This document shows, in pieces, positions 1 to 10,305 of a stretch of 64,000 bases of DNA. A model generated the notes under the pieces. It saw nothing but the letters and a program-made list of their open reading frames with translations. It did no database searches and was not told where the DNA came from. Source of the DNA: Treponema sp. (GTDB lineage Bacteria; Spirochaetota; Spirochaetia; Treponematales; Breznakiellaceae). Both the position numbers and the translations under genes were made by a program. The stretch spans positions 1,924 through 65,923 of the forward strand of contig WQSQ01000001.1 in assembly GCA_009787775.1 (NCBI GenBank), in the 5' to 3' direction. How positions within the stretch are numbered: the stretch's first letter is position 1; each line of letters starts with the position of its first letter.

Positions 1-39
1 AAGGAGAATTATCTGGATTTCATGTCGGATAATGGTTAA
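1..39 (+). CDS. 3' end of upstream gene, probably trigger factor (partial)
   Basis: Open frame KENYLDFMSDNG* ends at 39 directly before clpP; tig-clpP-clpX is the usual order, so identity is by synteny only. Confidence 0.45.
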   Translation, partial: KENYLDFMSDNG

Positions 40-48
40 ATTAATAGT

Positions 49-663
49 ATGAGTGCACGAATGAGCAACCTGGTTCCAATCGTAGTTGAACAGACAGGGA
101 TGGGGGAACGTTCCTATGATATATACTCCCGCCTCTTAAAAGACCGAATTGTATTTTTAGACGGTGAAATAAACGACCTTTCAGCGGATCTTGTAGTAGC
201 CCAGCTCCTTTTCCTTGACGGGCAGGATGTGGAAAAAGATATAAATCTTTATATTAACTCTCCCGGCGGCTCTGTTACAGCAGGACTTGCGATTTACGAC
301 ACCATTCAGCATGTAAAATCCGATGTACAGACAATCTGTCTTGGACAGGCTGCAAGCATGGGCGCTTTAATCCTTACCGCAGGAACAGCCGGAAAGCGAA
401 TGGTTCTTCCTTCGTCAAGAGTGCTGATTCACCAACCGTGGGGCGGCGCGCATGGACAGGCCCGCGACATCGGCATCCAATCAAAGGAAATCATTCGCCT
501 GAAAAAGATGTTAATTGAGTATTTTGCCAAACATTCAGGCAAATCAATAGAACAGATTTCATCCGATACGGAAAGAGATTTTTACATGTCCGCACAGGAC
601 ACAGTTGAGTACGGTATAGCCGATTCTATTTTAACGAGGAGTAAAGATGGCAAGGCTTCGTAA
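49..663 (+). CDS. clpP: ATP-dependent Clp protease proteolytic subunit
   Basis: [28 protein letters not shown] (Ser), IHQP (His), ERD motifs. Confidence 0.98.
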   Translation: MSARMSNLVPIVVEQTGMGERSYDIYSRLLKDRIVFLDGEINDLSADLVVAQLLFLDGQDVEKDINLYINSPGGSVTAGLAIYDTIQHVKSDVQTICLGQAASMGALILTAGTAGKRMVLPSSRVLIHQPWGGAHGQARDIGIQSKEIIRLKKMLIEYFAKHSGKSIEQISSDTERDFYMSAQDTVEYGIADSILTRSKDGKAS

Positions 664-1912
664 TGGACCTGAAATCCTGGAAAGGGTCTGCTCTTTTTGC
701 GGAAAAAGCGCTGACATGGCGCGCCGTTTAATTGCCGGCCCGAATGATGTTTTTATTTGCGATGAATGTATTGAAGTTTGCCGCAAGATTTTAAGCGAAG
801 AAGAACATGAACTTACAACACATTTTACAGGAGACATTCCCACTCCGAAAGACATTAAAAATTACCTAGATCTTTTTGTAATAGGACAGGATAACGCGAA
901 AAAAGCGCTTTCTGTCGCTGTTTATAACCATTACAAACGCATTGCCAATCCAATAAAGGAAAAAGAAAGCGATGAAGTCGAAATTGAAAAATCAAATGTC
1001 CTTTTAATAGGGCCGACAGGTACGGGGAAGACGCTCCTTGCGAAGATACTCGCCAAGAAATTAAAAGTGCCTTTCGCGATAGTGGACGCGACAACACTAA
1101 CGGAAGCAGGTTATGTCGGCGAAGACGTTGAAAATATTCTTTTAAAATTAATTCAAAGCGCAGGCGGCAATATATCGGCTGCGGAAAGAGGTATTGTTTA
1201 TATTGACGAGATTGATAAAATCGCGCGCAAGGGAGAGAACATTTCGATTACCCGGGATGTCTCAGGCGAAGGCGTTCAGCAGGCATTGTTAAAAATTATT
1301 GAAGGGACAATCGCTTCCGTTCCGCCGCAGGGAGGAAGAAAACACCCCAACCAGGAAATGATACGCATCGACACCACAAACATTCTCTTTATCTGCGGCG
1401 GCGCGTTTGTAGGTCTTGATAAACTGATCTCCCGCCGCGTGGTAAAACACCCTCTCGGTTTCGGAGCGGAAACTGGAAGCTGCGAAAAGTCGCTTAAAGA
1501 GCTTTACGATAACCTGCACCCCGACGACTTAATACAGTTCGGAATGATCCCTGAGTTTATCGGGCGTCTTCCGATTACCGTCGGTCTTGAAGAATTAAAG
1601 CGCGAAGATTTAAGGCGCATAATTACTGAACCCCGCAACGCTATTGTGCGCCAGTATCAGGCGTCTCTTGCCTATGACGACGTAAAACTTGAGTTTACGG
1701 AAAAAGCAATTGACGCAATCGCAGACAAGGCCATAAAGCAGAAAACCGGCGCGCGCGGATTACGTGCAATTGTAGAGCGGCTTATGACAGATATCATGTT
1801 TGATATCCCGTCTATAACCGGCGACAAGCAGGTAATCATCACTCATGACACCGTGGAAAAATCCGAACCTCCGCAGATTATCTATCCGGAGCAGAAGCAG
1901 AAGAGCGCATAG
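647..1912 (+). CDS. clpX: Clp protease ATP-binding subunit ClpX
   Basis: CSFCGK..ICDEC zinc finger, GPTGTGKT Walker A, YIDEIDK, GYVG and RKH loops. Confidence 0.98.
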   Translation: MARLRNGPEILERVCSFCGKSADMARRLIAGPNDVFICDECIEVCRKILSEEEHELTTHFTGDIPTPKDIKNYLDLFVIGQDNAKKALSVAVYNHYKRIANPIKEKESDEVEIEKSNVLLIGPTGTGKTLLAKILAKKLKVPFAIVDATTLTEAGYVGEDVENILLKLIQSAGGNISAAERGIVYIDEIDKIARKGENISITRDVSGEGVQQALLKIIEGTIASVPPQGGRKHPNQEMIRIDTTNILFICGGAFVGLDKLISRRVVKHPLGFGAETGSCEKSLKELYDNLHPDDLIQFGMIPEFIGRLPITVGLEELKREDLRRIITEPRNAIVRQYQASLAYDDVKLEFTEKAIDAIADKAIKQKTGARGLRAIVERLMTDIMFDIPSITGDKQVIITHDTVEKSEPPQIIYPEQKQKSA

Positions 1913-1936
1913 CAAAAGACAGCCGGAGTTTTCCCT

Positions 1937-4543
1937 ATGAAAAAAAACGCTGATGAAAAAGAGCAAGCCGGAAAAAGCGAAACCAAGGACGGAAAGAGCG
2001 TCGGCGCATCCCCAGTCGGCGTCCTTGGAGGATTGTTCGCGCGGAAAAAGAAAAAGAATCATTATTTCTTTGATTATAACGGAGCAGAGGAGCTTGTAAC
2101 AGAAGATTTTCCGCTCCTGCCGCTCCGCGACCTTGTTCTTTTCCCTCAGACAGTTGTTCCCATCTTTATCACGTATAAACCCGGCATTACAGCGCTGGAA
2201 GAAGCAATTAAAAGGGATAACCGTCTCTTTGCCGCGTGCTTAAAAAAAAACGAAATGCATCTTTCTACGGACGAACCGTATCTTACCGGCACCGTTGTCA
2301 GAATAATCTCTCATCTGAAACTTCCCGATAATACTTACCGCGTCGTTTTCCAGTGCGAATACCGCGGGAAAATTATTTCCACCAATCCGCATTTAAACTT
2401 TCCGCTTGTAAAAGTGGAACCGTTAAAAATAAAAAGTTTAAGTGAACCTTTAGGCACAGAAGACCTTGGATTGATGCGGAGCGTTCAAAAATCATTCTCT
2501 CAATACGCGGAATACTCCGGGAAAGTAGGCCCTGATACCCTCAGCGCTGTTGAAAAATCCGAAGACCCGGAACGGCTTGCGAATCTTGTGTGCAATGCCG
2601 CGCTGTTAAAATCCGAGAAGAAAATGGAGCTTCTCTCGTTTACGGATACAAGGGAGCGATACCTCGCGATACTTGAGGTTCTTGAAAAAGAGAATGAAAT
2701 ATACGGTATTCAGAAAAACATTTCCGGTAAAGTCAGAAAGAAAATGGATAAACGCCACCGCGAATATATCCTCAATGAGCAGCTGCGTGAAATTAACAAG
2801 GAACTGGGCAAGGATAAGATTGAGGACGAATTCGCGGTTCTTGAAAAACGCATCATGGAAAAGAAACCTCCAGCCGAAGTTACGGAGAAGTGTGAAAAGG
2901 AAATTAAAAGGCTCCGTAAACTCCAGCCCCTGTCTCCGGAAGCCGGCGTTTTAAGGGGTTATCTTGAATGGATAGCAGACCTTCCCTGGAGCGATTATTC
3001 CGTTGATTCAGGCGATCTTGGAAAAGCGGAAACAATACTTGACGAAGATCATTTCGGCATGAAGAAGGCGAAAGACCGTATTATCGAGTTTATCGCGGTA
3101 AGGCAGCTTCTCTCAGGGGAAATCAACAGTGACGCTTCGAATAATGATAATACCGATAACGGCGATCCCCGCTCTGCGGTCCCCGCTCCCTGCTCAATAA
3201 AGGGTCCGATTCTCTGCTTTGTCGGCCCTCCAGGCACGGGAAAAACCAGTCTCGGCAAATCAGTCGCGCGCGCCCTTGGAAGGAACTTTGTGCGCGTCTC
3301 TCTGGGCGGCGTGCGCGATGAAGCGGAAATCCGCGGGCACAGAAAAACCTATGTCGGCGCTCTTCCGGGAAAAATCATCCAGTCGATGCGCAGGGCAGGA
3401 ACTGTCAATCCTGTGTTTCTGCTTGATGAAATCGACAAGCTTTCCAGTGATTTCAGGGGAGACCCCGCGTCAGCCCTTCTTGAGGTTCTAGATCCTGAGC
3501 AGAACTCTACCTTTGTCGATCATTATCTTGAAGTTCAATACGATCTCTCCAAAGTGATGTTTCTTACTACCGCCAACTCGCTTCATTCCATTCCCTATCC
3601 TTTACTTGACCGCATGGAAATAATCGAAGTGCCAGGCTACGGGGAGAATGAAAAGCTGAGCATCGCAAAGCAGTTTCTCGTTCCCAAGGAGCTGCGCGCC
3701 AACGGCCTGTCCAACGCGGAAATAATTTTCCAGGATGATACCCTGAAAGACATTATCCGCTACTGGACAATGGAGTCGGGCGTAAGAAACTTTGAACGCG
3801 AAACCGCGCGGTGCATCAGGCGGATCGCGCGCGAAGCTGTAAACAGCGGATACGGCAAGGACAAACCTGTCAGCGGATACAGTAAAACAATTGCCGGCAG
3901 CGATCTTGAGAAACTCCTGGGAAAGAAAAAATACAAGCGCGATGTCGTATACAAGGAAGCAAGGGTAGGCGTCACATACGGACTTGCATGGACTGAATAC
4001 GGCGGAACGATTATGCCGGTCGAAACAATCCGTTATGACGGAAGCGGTGAATTGCTGATAACGGGAAACCTCGGCGACGTAATGAAAGAGAGCGCGCGCA
4101 TCGCCCTGTCGTATCTTCGCAGCACCGCGTCAAAATATAATTTCAGCGTTAAGGAACTCGCGAAATCCGATTTCCATATACACGTGCCCGAAGGCGCGAT
4201 TCCCAAGGACGGGCCCTCAGCCGGCGTAACGCTGGCAGCATCCCTCCTGTCCACCCTCTGCAAAGTCCCGCCTTTTCCAGGCATCGCGATGACGGGAGAG
4301 CTGACGCTTACAGGCAGAATCCTTCCTATCGGCGGCTTAAAGGAAAAACTGCTGGCCGCAATAAGAAACGGCATGGAAAAGGCGGTTCTTCCCAAAGACA
4401 ACGAGGACGACTGGAACGAGCTTGATAATGACATAACGTCCTGCATAAAAATTGAATTCGCGGAAACAGCAGGCGATGTGTTTTCCGTTCTGTTCCCCGG
4501 TTTGATCAACGCGCCCAAAAAGACAGCAAAAGCGAAAACCTGA
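1937..4543 (+). CDS. lon: Lon protease
   Basis: LPLRDLVLFP N-domain, GPPGTGKT, LLDEIDK, PKDGPSAG catalytic Ser, GGLKEK Lys. Confidence 0.97.
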   Translation: MKKNADEKEQAGKSETKDGKSVGASPVGVLGGLFARKKKKNHYFFDYNGAEELVTEDFPLLPLRDLVLFPQTVVPIFITYKPGITALEEAIKRDNRLFAACLKKNEMHLSTDEPYLTGTVVRIISHLKLPDNTYRVVFQCEYRGKIISTNPHLNFPLVKVEPLKIKSLSEPLGTEDLGLMRSVQKSFSQYAEYSGKVGPDTLSAVEKSEDPERLANLVCNAALLKSEKKMELLSFTDTRERYLAILEVLEKENEIYGIQKNISGKVRKKMDKRHREYILNEQLREINKELGKDKIEDEFAVLEKRIMEKKPPAEVTEKCEKEIKRLRKLQPLSPEAGVLRGYLEWIADLPWSDYSVDSGDLGKAETILDEDHFGMKKAKDRIIEFIAVRQLLSGEINSDASNNDNTDNGDPRSAVPAPCSIKGPILCFVGPPGTGKTSLGKSVARALGRNFVRVSLGGVRDEAEIRGHRKTYVGALPGKIIQSMRRAGTVNPVFLLDEIDKLSSDFRGDPASALLEVLDPEQNSTFVDHYLEVQYDLSKVMFLTTANSLHSIPYPLLDRMEIIEVPGYGENEKLSIAKQFLVPKELRANGLSNAEIIFQDDTLKDIIRYWTMESGVRNFERETARCIRRIAREAVNSGYGKDKPVSGYSKTIAGSDLEKLLGKKKYKRDVVYKEARVGVTYGLAWTEYGGTIMPVETIRYDGSGELLITGNLGDVMKESARIALSYLRSTASKYNFSVKELAKSDFHIHVPEGAIPKDGPSAGVTLAASLLSTLCKVPPFPGIAMTGELTLTGRILPIGGLKEKLLAAIRNGMEKAVLPKDNEDDWNELDNDITSCIKIEFAETAGDVFSVLFPGLINAPKKTAKAKT

Positions 4544-4585
4544 TCCGGCGCTCTTTTTGACGCGCAGATAACAGCTTTTGGTACA

Positions 4586-5131
4586 GAAACTGTGCCTTTC
4601 AGGTCATAAACTGTGCCTTTCAGGTCATAAACTGTGCCTTTCAGGTCATAAACTGTGCCTTTCAGGTTAGAAGCTAAAGCTTTCAGGTCAGAAGCTAAAG
4701 CTTTCATGTCAGAAGCTATAGCTTCCGGGGCAGAAGCTATAGCTTTCATATCAGAAGCTATAGCTTTCGGGTCAGAAGCTAAAGCTTCCGGGGCAGAAGC
4801 TATAGCTTTCATGTCAGAAGCTATAGCTTCCGGGTCAGAAGCTAAAGCTTTCATGTCAGAAGCTAAAGCTTTCAGGTCAGAAGCTATAGCTTCCGGGGCA
4901 GAAGCTATAGCTTTCATGTCAGAAGTTAAAGCTTCCGGGGCAGAAGCTATAGCTTTCATATCAGAAGCTATAGCTTTCGGGTCAGAAGCTAAAGCTTCCG
5001 GGTCAGAAGCTGTACCTTTCGGGTCAGAAGCTATAGCTTTCATGTCAAAAGCTATAGCCTCCGTGTCAGAAGCTAAAGCTTTCAGGTCAGAAGCTATAGC
5101 CTCCGTGTCAAAAGCTATAGCTTTCAGGTCA
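4586..5131. repeat. Tandem array of 26 x 21-bp units, consensus GAAGCTATAGCTTTCAGGTCA, each with an AAGCTATAGCTT palindrome
   Basis: Counted directly: 546 bp = 26 units with no indels; the first four units are a diverged variant (KAAACTGTGCCTTTCAGGTYA). Confidence 0.97.
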
Positions 5132-5347
5132 GAAGTAAGTACCGGTGAATCATTTTTAAGCGCGGACAAAGGCGCGCGGAGTCTGGCGGCATCATCCTTT
5201 ATACTGTGAAGCGCAGTTGTATATGAGCCCTCCTGACGCTTGCCGCAGGCTGAGTGCGCGGCAGGATTAAACAAGGGCCGCTGATTTGTTTTTATGCGCA
5301 CCCTATTCACTATTCCCTTAAAAAGCATTAGACTTACCTCAGTTTAT

Positions 5348-6940
5348 ATGAAGTTTACAGAATTCAACCTGCATCATGACTTGCAAAAAGGCATCGAAGA
5401 AGCAAAATATGTTACCTGCATGCCTGTTCAGCAGCAGGTGTTGTCCAGCGCTTTCGGCGGCAGTGATTTATATGTTCAATCCCAGACAGGGACAGGCAAG
5501 ACTGCGGCGTTTTTAATCGTGATTTTCCAGAGGATGCTCTCGGACGAGGCGCTGTTCAAGCGGAAGGCGCTTATTCTGGCTCCGACCAGGGAGCTGGCGG
5601 TGCAGATTGAAGAGGAGGCAAGAACGCTCGGCGCGTTCCTGCCTTTTAAGACGGGGTGCTTCTACGGCGGCGTAGGTTACGCGCAGCAGGAAAAGCTGCT
5701 GCGTGATAACGCGCAGATACTTGTAGGGACTCCCGGCCGCGTGATTGATTTGAACGGTTCCGGCAAAATGAACCTGATGGAAGTTTCCTTTTTGGTTCTT
5801 GATGAAGCTGACAGAATGTTTGATATGGGCTTTTACCCTGATTTACGCAGATTGATAAAGTCAGTGCCCGCAGCTGAAAAAAGGCAGACAATGCTTTTCA
5901 GCGCTACGCTGAACGCGTGGGTGAAGAACCTCGCGTGGGAATATACTAAAGGCTCCAAAGACGGAAAGCCGCCTGTAGAAATCGAAATAGAGCCTGAAAT
6001 GGTAACTGTCGAAGAAATAACGCAGGTTCTTTACCATGTGCCTTCAGACAGGAAAATGCAGCTTCTGCTCGGCATTCTTAAGAAAGAAGAGCCGCAAAGC
6101 GCGGTAATTTTCTGCAACACCAAAAATCAGACAGAGATTACGGCAAAACGCCTTGGAATGAACGGCTACGCGTGCGAGTTTATCATCGGCGATTTGCCGC
6201 AGGTTAAGCGGCTAAAGATAATCGACAATGTAAAGAACGGTAAAATCAGGCTTCTGGCCGCTACCGATGTCGCGGCGCGCGGCCTTGATATTAATAATCT
6301 CGCGATGGTTATAAATTACGATGTTCCCACTGAAGCGGAAAATTATGTTCACAGAATCGGCAGAACAGCGCGCGCGGGGAAGACCGGAAAAGCGATTTCG
6401 CTTGCAAGCGAACAGGATGTTTATGAGCTGCCAGCCATCGAACGCTACATCGGCAAAAAAATTCCTTATGAAATAGCCGCGCAGGATTATTACGCTGAAG
6501 ACAAGAGCGCAGGGCAATGTATCAGGACGGAATCACTCGAAGAGAAGAATGCAGGAAAGAGAAGTCCCCGCAAAGACGCAAAGACGCAAAGAGGGAAGAG
6601 GGATAAAAGCTCAAAGGCAGTTCAGGGCGCAGAGGATAAAAAAAAGCGTGAGTTAGTTTCACCCCCGTCTCCTTCTCCGTCCCCGTCTCCGCGGCTCAGC
6701 GCCCCAAGTGTTCCTCCCGCTAAAAACATACAGCAGGATTTATCGCAGCTTTCCATGGAAGAGAGGATGGCGATTTATAAAAAGAAATACAGCGCTCAGG
6801 CAAAAAACAGCGTGCATAAAGCGAAAGAAGAACACAGCAAACCTGCCGTGGCAAGTACAGTGCAAAACGCGGGGCAGGAAGAAAAAGCTCCCCCTAAAAA
6901 GGGATTAATATCAAGACTAATCGGAATATTCAGGAAATAA
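5348..6940 (+). CDS. DEAD-box RNA helicase (RhlB/RhlE-like) with low-complexity C-terminal tail
   Basis: SQTGTGKT, PTRELA, DEAD, SAT, HRIGRTARAG; start moved to ATG 5348 (MKFTEFNL). Confidence 0.95.
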   Translation: MKFTEFNLHHDLQKGIEEAKYVTCMPVQQQVLSSAFGGSDLYVQSQTGTGKTAAFLIVIFQRMLSDEALFKRKALILAPTRELAVQIEEEARTLGAFLPFKTGCFYGGVGYAQQEKLLRDNAQILVGTPGRVIDLNGSGKMNLMEVSFLVLDEADRMFDMGFYPDLRRLIKSVPAAEKRQTMLFSATLNAWVKNLAWEYTKGSKDGKPPVEIEIEPEMVTVEEITQVLYHVPSDRKMQLLLGILKKEEPQSAVIFCNTKNQTEITAKRLGMNGYACEFIIGDLPQVKRLKIIDNVKNGKIRLLAATDVAARGLDINNLAMVINYDVPTEAENYVHRIGRTARAGKTGKAISLASEQDVYELPAIERYIGKKIPYEIAAQDYYAEDKSAGQCIRTESLEEKNAGKRSPRKDAKTQRGKRDKSSKAVQGAEDKKKRELVSPPSPSPSPSPRLSAPSVPPAKNIQQDLSQLSMEERMAIYKKKYSAQAKNSVHKAKEEHSKPAVASTVQNAGQEEKAPPKKGLISRLIGIFRK

Positions 6941-6982
6941 ATATTCCGCCGGGAATATTCAAAAAGAGGCTGTTGGCAGAAA

Positions 6983-8632
6983 ATGATCACTGTTACTGAT
7001 GTAAGTTTAATTTTCGGAGAAAGAACTCTCTTTAAAGATGTCAACCTGAAGTTTACTCCCGGAAACTGTTACGGGATAATAGGAGCGAACGGAGCCGGAA
7101 AATCGACTTTTTTAAAAATACTTTCAGGCGAGATTGAGCACGACAAGGGAGACATCTCCGCCGCGAAAAACATGCGTATCGCGGTTCTTAAGCAGGATCA
7201 CTTCGCTTATGAAGAATATACGGCTATTGAAACAGTTGTGATGGGTTACCCGAAGCTTTATTCGGTGCAGAAAGAGCGCGAAGAAATATACGCAAAGGAA
7301 GATTTCACCGAAGAAGACGGCCTTCGCGCGGCGGAGCTTGAAGCTGATTTCTCAGAGCTCGGCGGGTGGGAGGCTGAAGCGCAGGCAGGGCAGCTTCTCT
7401 CCGGGCTCGGCCTTGATGAGGAAGATCACGGGAAACTAATGGCGGAACTTGACGAGTCAAAAAAAGTGCGCGTACTTCTTGCGCAGGCGCTTTTCGGCGG
7501 CCCTGACATTTTACTTTTGGACGAGCCGACAAACGGCCTTGACCTGGAATCAATTTCATGGCTGGAAGATTTCCTGATTAACTTTGCGAATACTGTTATT
7601 GTCGTCTCGCATGACCGCCACTTTTTAAACGCGGTCTGTACAAATACCTGCGACATCGACTTCGGCAGAATCACTCCGTATTCAGGCAATTATGATTTCT
7701 GGTATCAGATGAGCCAGATTCTCCAGAGGCAGGCGCGCGACCAGCTGAAAAAAAGAGAAGACAAGGCGCGGGAGCTTAAAGAGTTTATTCAGAGGTTTGC
7801 GTCTAACGCAAGCAAGAGCCGTCAGGCGACAAGCCGCAAGAAAGTGCTTGAAAAACTGGACCTTGAAAATGTTCCCGTAACAAGCCGCAAGTTTCCCTGG
7901 GTCGGCTTTAAACCTGATCGCGAAATAGGCAACAATGTTCTTCACGCGGAAAACCTTGATTTTTCTTTCGAAGGCAATGCCCTTTTAAAAAAATTCTCGC
8001 TTACCGTAAACAAGGGAGACAAGATCGCCTTTGTCGGTCTTGAGCACTCTTCAAAATCCGCTTTCTTTGACATTATCGCAGGCGAAGAAAAAGCAGAAAG
8101 CGGCGGGTACGCATGGGGGCAGACAACTTCCTTTTCCTATTTTCCAAAAGAGAACTCCGCTTTTTTTAACTCCGATTTGTCGATAACAGACTGGCTGCGG
8201 CAGTATTCAACCGATCAGGATGAAACCTATGTGCGCAGCTTTCTTGGCCGTATGCTTTTCTCGGGCGAAGAGGCGCTGAAACCTGTGCGCGTTTTATCAG
8301 GCGGCGAAAAAGTCCGCTGCATGCTCTCGAAAATGATGCTCTCGGGAGCAAATGTCCTGATTCTTGATGAGCCGACAAATCATCTTGACCTTGAAGCGAT
8401 CACTGCTCTTAATGACGGGCTTGTCGCTTTCCCCGGCGTAATTCTTTTTAATTCGCACGATCACGAATTTATCAATTCAATCGCAAACCGCATCATCGAA
8501 ATTCTCCCGCAGGGTGAAAATCCTGGCGGTCTTATAGATCGAATGATGCAGTTTGATGATTATCTTATGGACAAAAACGTTAAACAGTTACGCGCCGCGG
8601 CATATAAAGAAGGACAGAAACTTCGGATATAA
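6983..8632 (+). CDS. ABC-F family ATPase (YbiT/YkpA-like)
   Basis: Two ABC domains (GANGAGKST, LLLDEPTN, LSGGEK, LILDEPTNHLD), inter-domain linker, no TM segments. Confidence 0.93.
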   Translation: MITVTDVSLIFGERTLFKDVNLKFTPGNCYGIIGANGAGKSTFLKILSGEIEHDKGDISAAKNMRIAVLKQDHFAYEEYTAIETVVMGYPKLYSVQKEREEIYAKEDFTEEDGLRAAELEADFSELGGWEAEAQAGQLLSGLGLDEEDHGKLMAELDESKKVRVLLAQALFGGPDILLLDEPTNGLDLESISWLEDFLINFANTVIVVSHDRHFLNAVCTNTCDIDFGRITPYSGNYDFWYQMSQILQRQARDQLKKREDKARELKEFIQRFASNASKSRQATSRKKVLEKLDLENVPVTSRKFPWVGFKPDREIGNNVLHAENLDFSFEGNALLKKFSLTVNKGDKIAFVGLEHSSKSAFFDIIAGEEKAESGGYAWGQTTSFSYFPKENSAFFNSDLSITDWLRQYSTDQDETYVRSFLGRMLFSGEEALKPVRVLSGGEKVRCMLSKMMLSGANVLILDEPTNHLDLEAITALNDGLVAFPGVILFNSHDHEFINSIANRIIEILPQGENPGGLIDRMMQFDDYLMDKNVKQLRAAAYKEGQKLRI

Positions 8633-8633
8633 T

Positions 8634-10289
8634 CTAAATAGAGTCTTTTAAGATCACTTTCCTGCAGATAAAATAGCTTCCCATAATTTCGGGAGTTTCA
8701 GGCTCTCCTCCTGTTAATTCAAAACTCTCCAGAATTGTAAAACGCGGGTTTGATAATTCAATCAAATCCGGAACGTTTTCAATAACAAGATAAAACTCAT
8801 TATAAGGCGTCATAAAAATATCGCTGTATCTTCTTATGAAAATATACTTCTGCTCATCATTCAGATAAGGAACAAGATTTCCGTATTTCCAGTGGGAATA
8901 TTCATGTACAAAAACAAAAACAGGAGTTTCTTTATGTTGGGTAAAAAGGTATTCATTTTGCTTGTTTTTATACAAATGCTCAATGTTTTCACCGCTTACA
9001 GCGTTTGTCAGAAAAATAAAGGCTGTTATAATCATGGCGGTTATGGAAATGCTTCGTGTCTTTGGACGCAGTCCTTTTGGCAGCCGTTCCGTTTTGAGAA
9101 TATCCAGAGTTCTTTTATTTATTACTACAGAATTAAAAATCACAGCGGGTAATAACACAAAAAACGGAAAAACCGGCATTCCGTAACGTAATACTTTATA
9201 CGGAGCTATAATCAATGTAAAAACATAATATAACAATGACGCGCAAAAAATAAAAGCAGCATATTTATTAATCAACAGCTTTTTATTTTGAATCAGCGCA
9301 AATAATAAACATATTACACAAACAGCAATTACCGAAAAAGAAAAAAAGTGTTTATGTATCAATGCCCATGCTGTAATTAATGATACTTTCAGGTTTTCAG
9401 ATGTATTGGCGAAAATCGTCTGTGTCGTTTCTGTTGCCCTGTACGAATTAAACCCTTTAAAATATCCCGGATAAAAAACATGAGCCAATATTAAGCTAAA
9501 GATTAAAACAAGAACATAGAAAATTATTTCTGAATTTTTTCTGTCTCGGCTTTTTTTATATATTACATACAATCCGAGTAAACCGATAAAAATGACAGCA
9601 TAATAACCGGTTATAAGAGTGACGGCTGTAATCAGTGAAAGAATAAAAAAAGTCTTTATATTACCCGGCTTCAGCAAAAGTTGAAACCCTTTATTTATAT
9701 CTATTGTTTTTATAAAATAAAAAGTCAGAATTATGAACATTGTTTCCTGAATCTGATACGGACGTAAAAAAAGCGTATTTGTTATTGAAGCGGTAGATAA
9801 AAACGCGCAAATTACACAAAAATGCTGCAGTACCCTGAAACCTGGAAACAGAAGCTTTATCAACATAACAAAAAATACAAACGAAACTGAAAAAAGAATT
9901 AAGTTTAGTATTCCGCCCCTGAAAATAATAGGTTTTATATCAGAGTTATCCAAACCAGTGAACGAAAGACGCAGAAATGTATAATAAAGATTTGTATGAG
10001 GAGGATCGCGGTTATCTTTCCATAGATTCTTAATATCTTCCATTGCATCAGTAAAACCGCCCTCGCTTACTAGTGTATTATCTTTTAATTCTTTTCCGGT
10101 ATATCCAATGTTTGTTATATAATTTTTAGCTACAAGATAATCTTTATAACAGGTAATAGCTATAGACATTCCCTCATCTACATGAAAAGCGTCTTTTTCT
10201 GACAGCCAATATACCCGAACCCCGAACGTTATGAAAAACAATAAAGGAAATATTAATAATTTATATTTTTTACTCATAATATTTGCCAT
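8634..10289 (-). CDS. Polytopic membrane protein, probable GT-C fold glycosyltransferase
   Basis: Many TM segments; DE motif (FHVDEG) after TM1, PPHTNLYY and RPYQ motifs resemble PMT/ArnT-type GT-C enzymes. Confidence 0.6.
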   Translation of the reverse strand: MANIMSKKYKLLIFPLLFFITFGVRVYWLSEKDAFHVDEGMSIAITCYKDYLVAKNYITNIGYTGKELKDNTLVSEGGFTDAMEDIKNLWKDNRDPPHTNLYYTFLRLSFTGLDNSDIKPIIFRGGILNLILFSVSFVFFVMLIKLLFPGFRVLQHFCVICAFLSTASITNTLFLRPYQIQETMFIILTFYFIKTIDINKGFQLLLKPGNIKTFFILSLITAVTLITGYYAVIFIGLLGLYVIYKKSRDRKNSEIIFYVLVLIFSLILAHVFYPGYFKGFNSYRATETTQTIFANTSENLKVSLITAWALIHKHFFSFSVIAVCVICLLFALIQNKKLLINKYAAFIFCASLLYYVFTLIIAPYKVLRYGMPVFPFFVLLPAVIFNSVVINKRTLDILKTERLPKGLRPKTRSISITAMIITAFIFLTNAVSGENIEHLYKNKQNEYLFTQHKETPVFVFVHEYSHWKYGNLVPYLNDEQKYIFIRRYSDIFMTPYNEFYLVIENVPDLIELSNPRFTILESFELTGGEPETPEIMGSYFICRKVILKDSI

Positions 10290-10305
10290 AATAAAGATTA
10301 ATTCT

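Noticed and set aside
4586-5131. CRISPR array interpretation of either repeat array
   Set aside because: Spacers are only 6-7 bp and recur in array 1; no cas genes in the window
4655-5209. + strand 184-aa repeat ORF
   Set aside because: Starts at a GTG inside the array, upstream units contain in-frame TAA, no RBS; openness follows from the 21-bp period
5225-5280. Possible structured RNA upstream of the DEAD helicase (TGCCGC...GCGGCA within GCCCT...AGGGC)
   Set aside because: Short stems, lies upstream of the likely promoter (TTCACT-17-TAGACT at 5306-5334), no recognisable riboswitch motif
4033-5328. - strand 431-aa ORF as a confident gene
   Set aside because: Overlaps lon antisense by 510 nt, no clear RBS, non-repeat parts look non-proteinaceous; kept only as an alternative hypothesis
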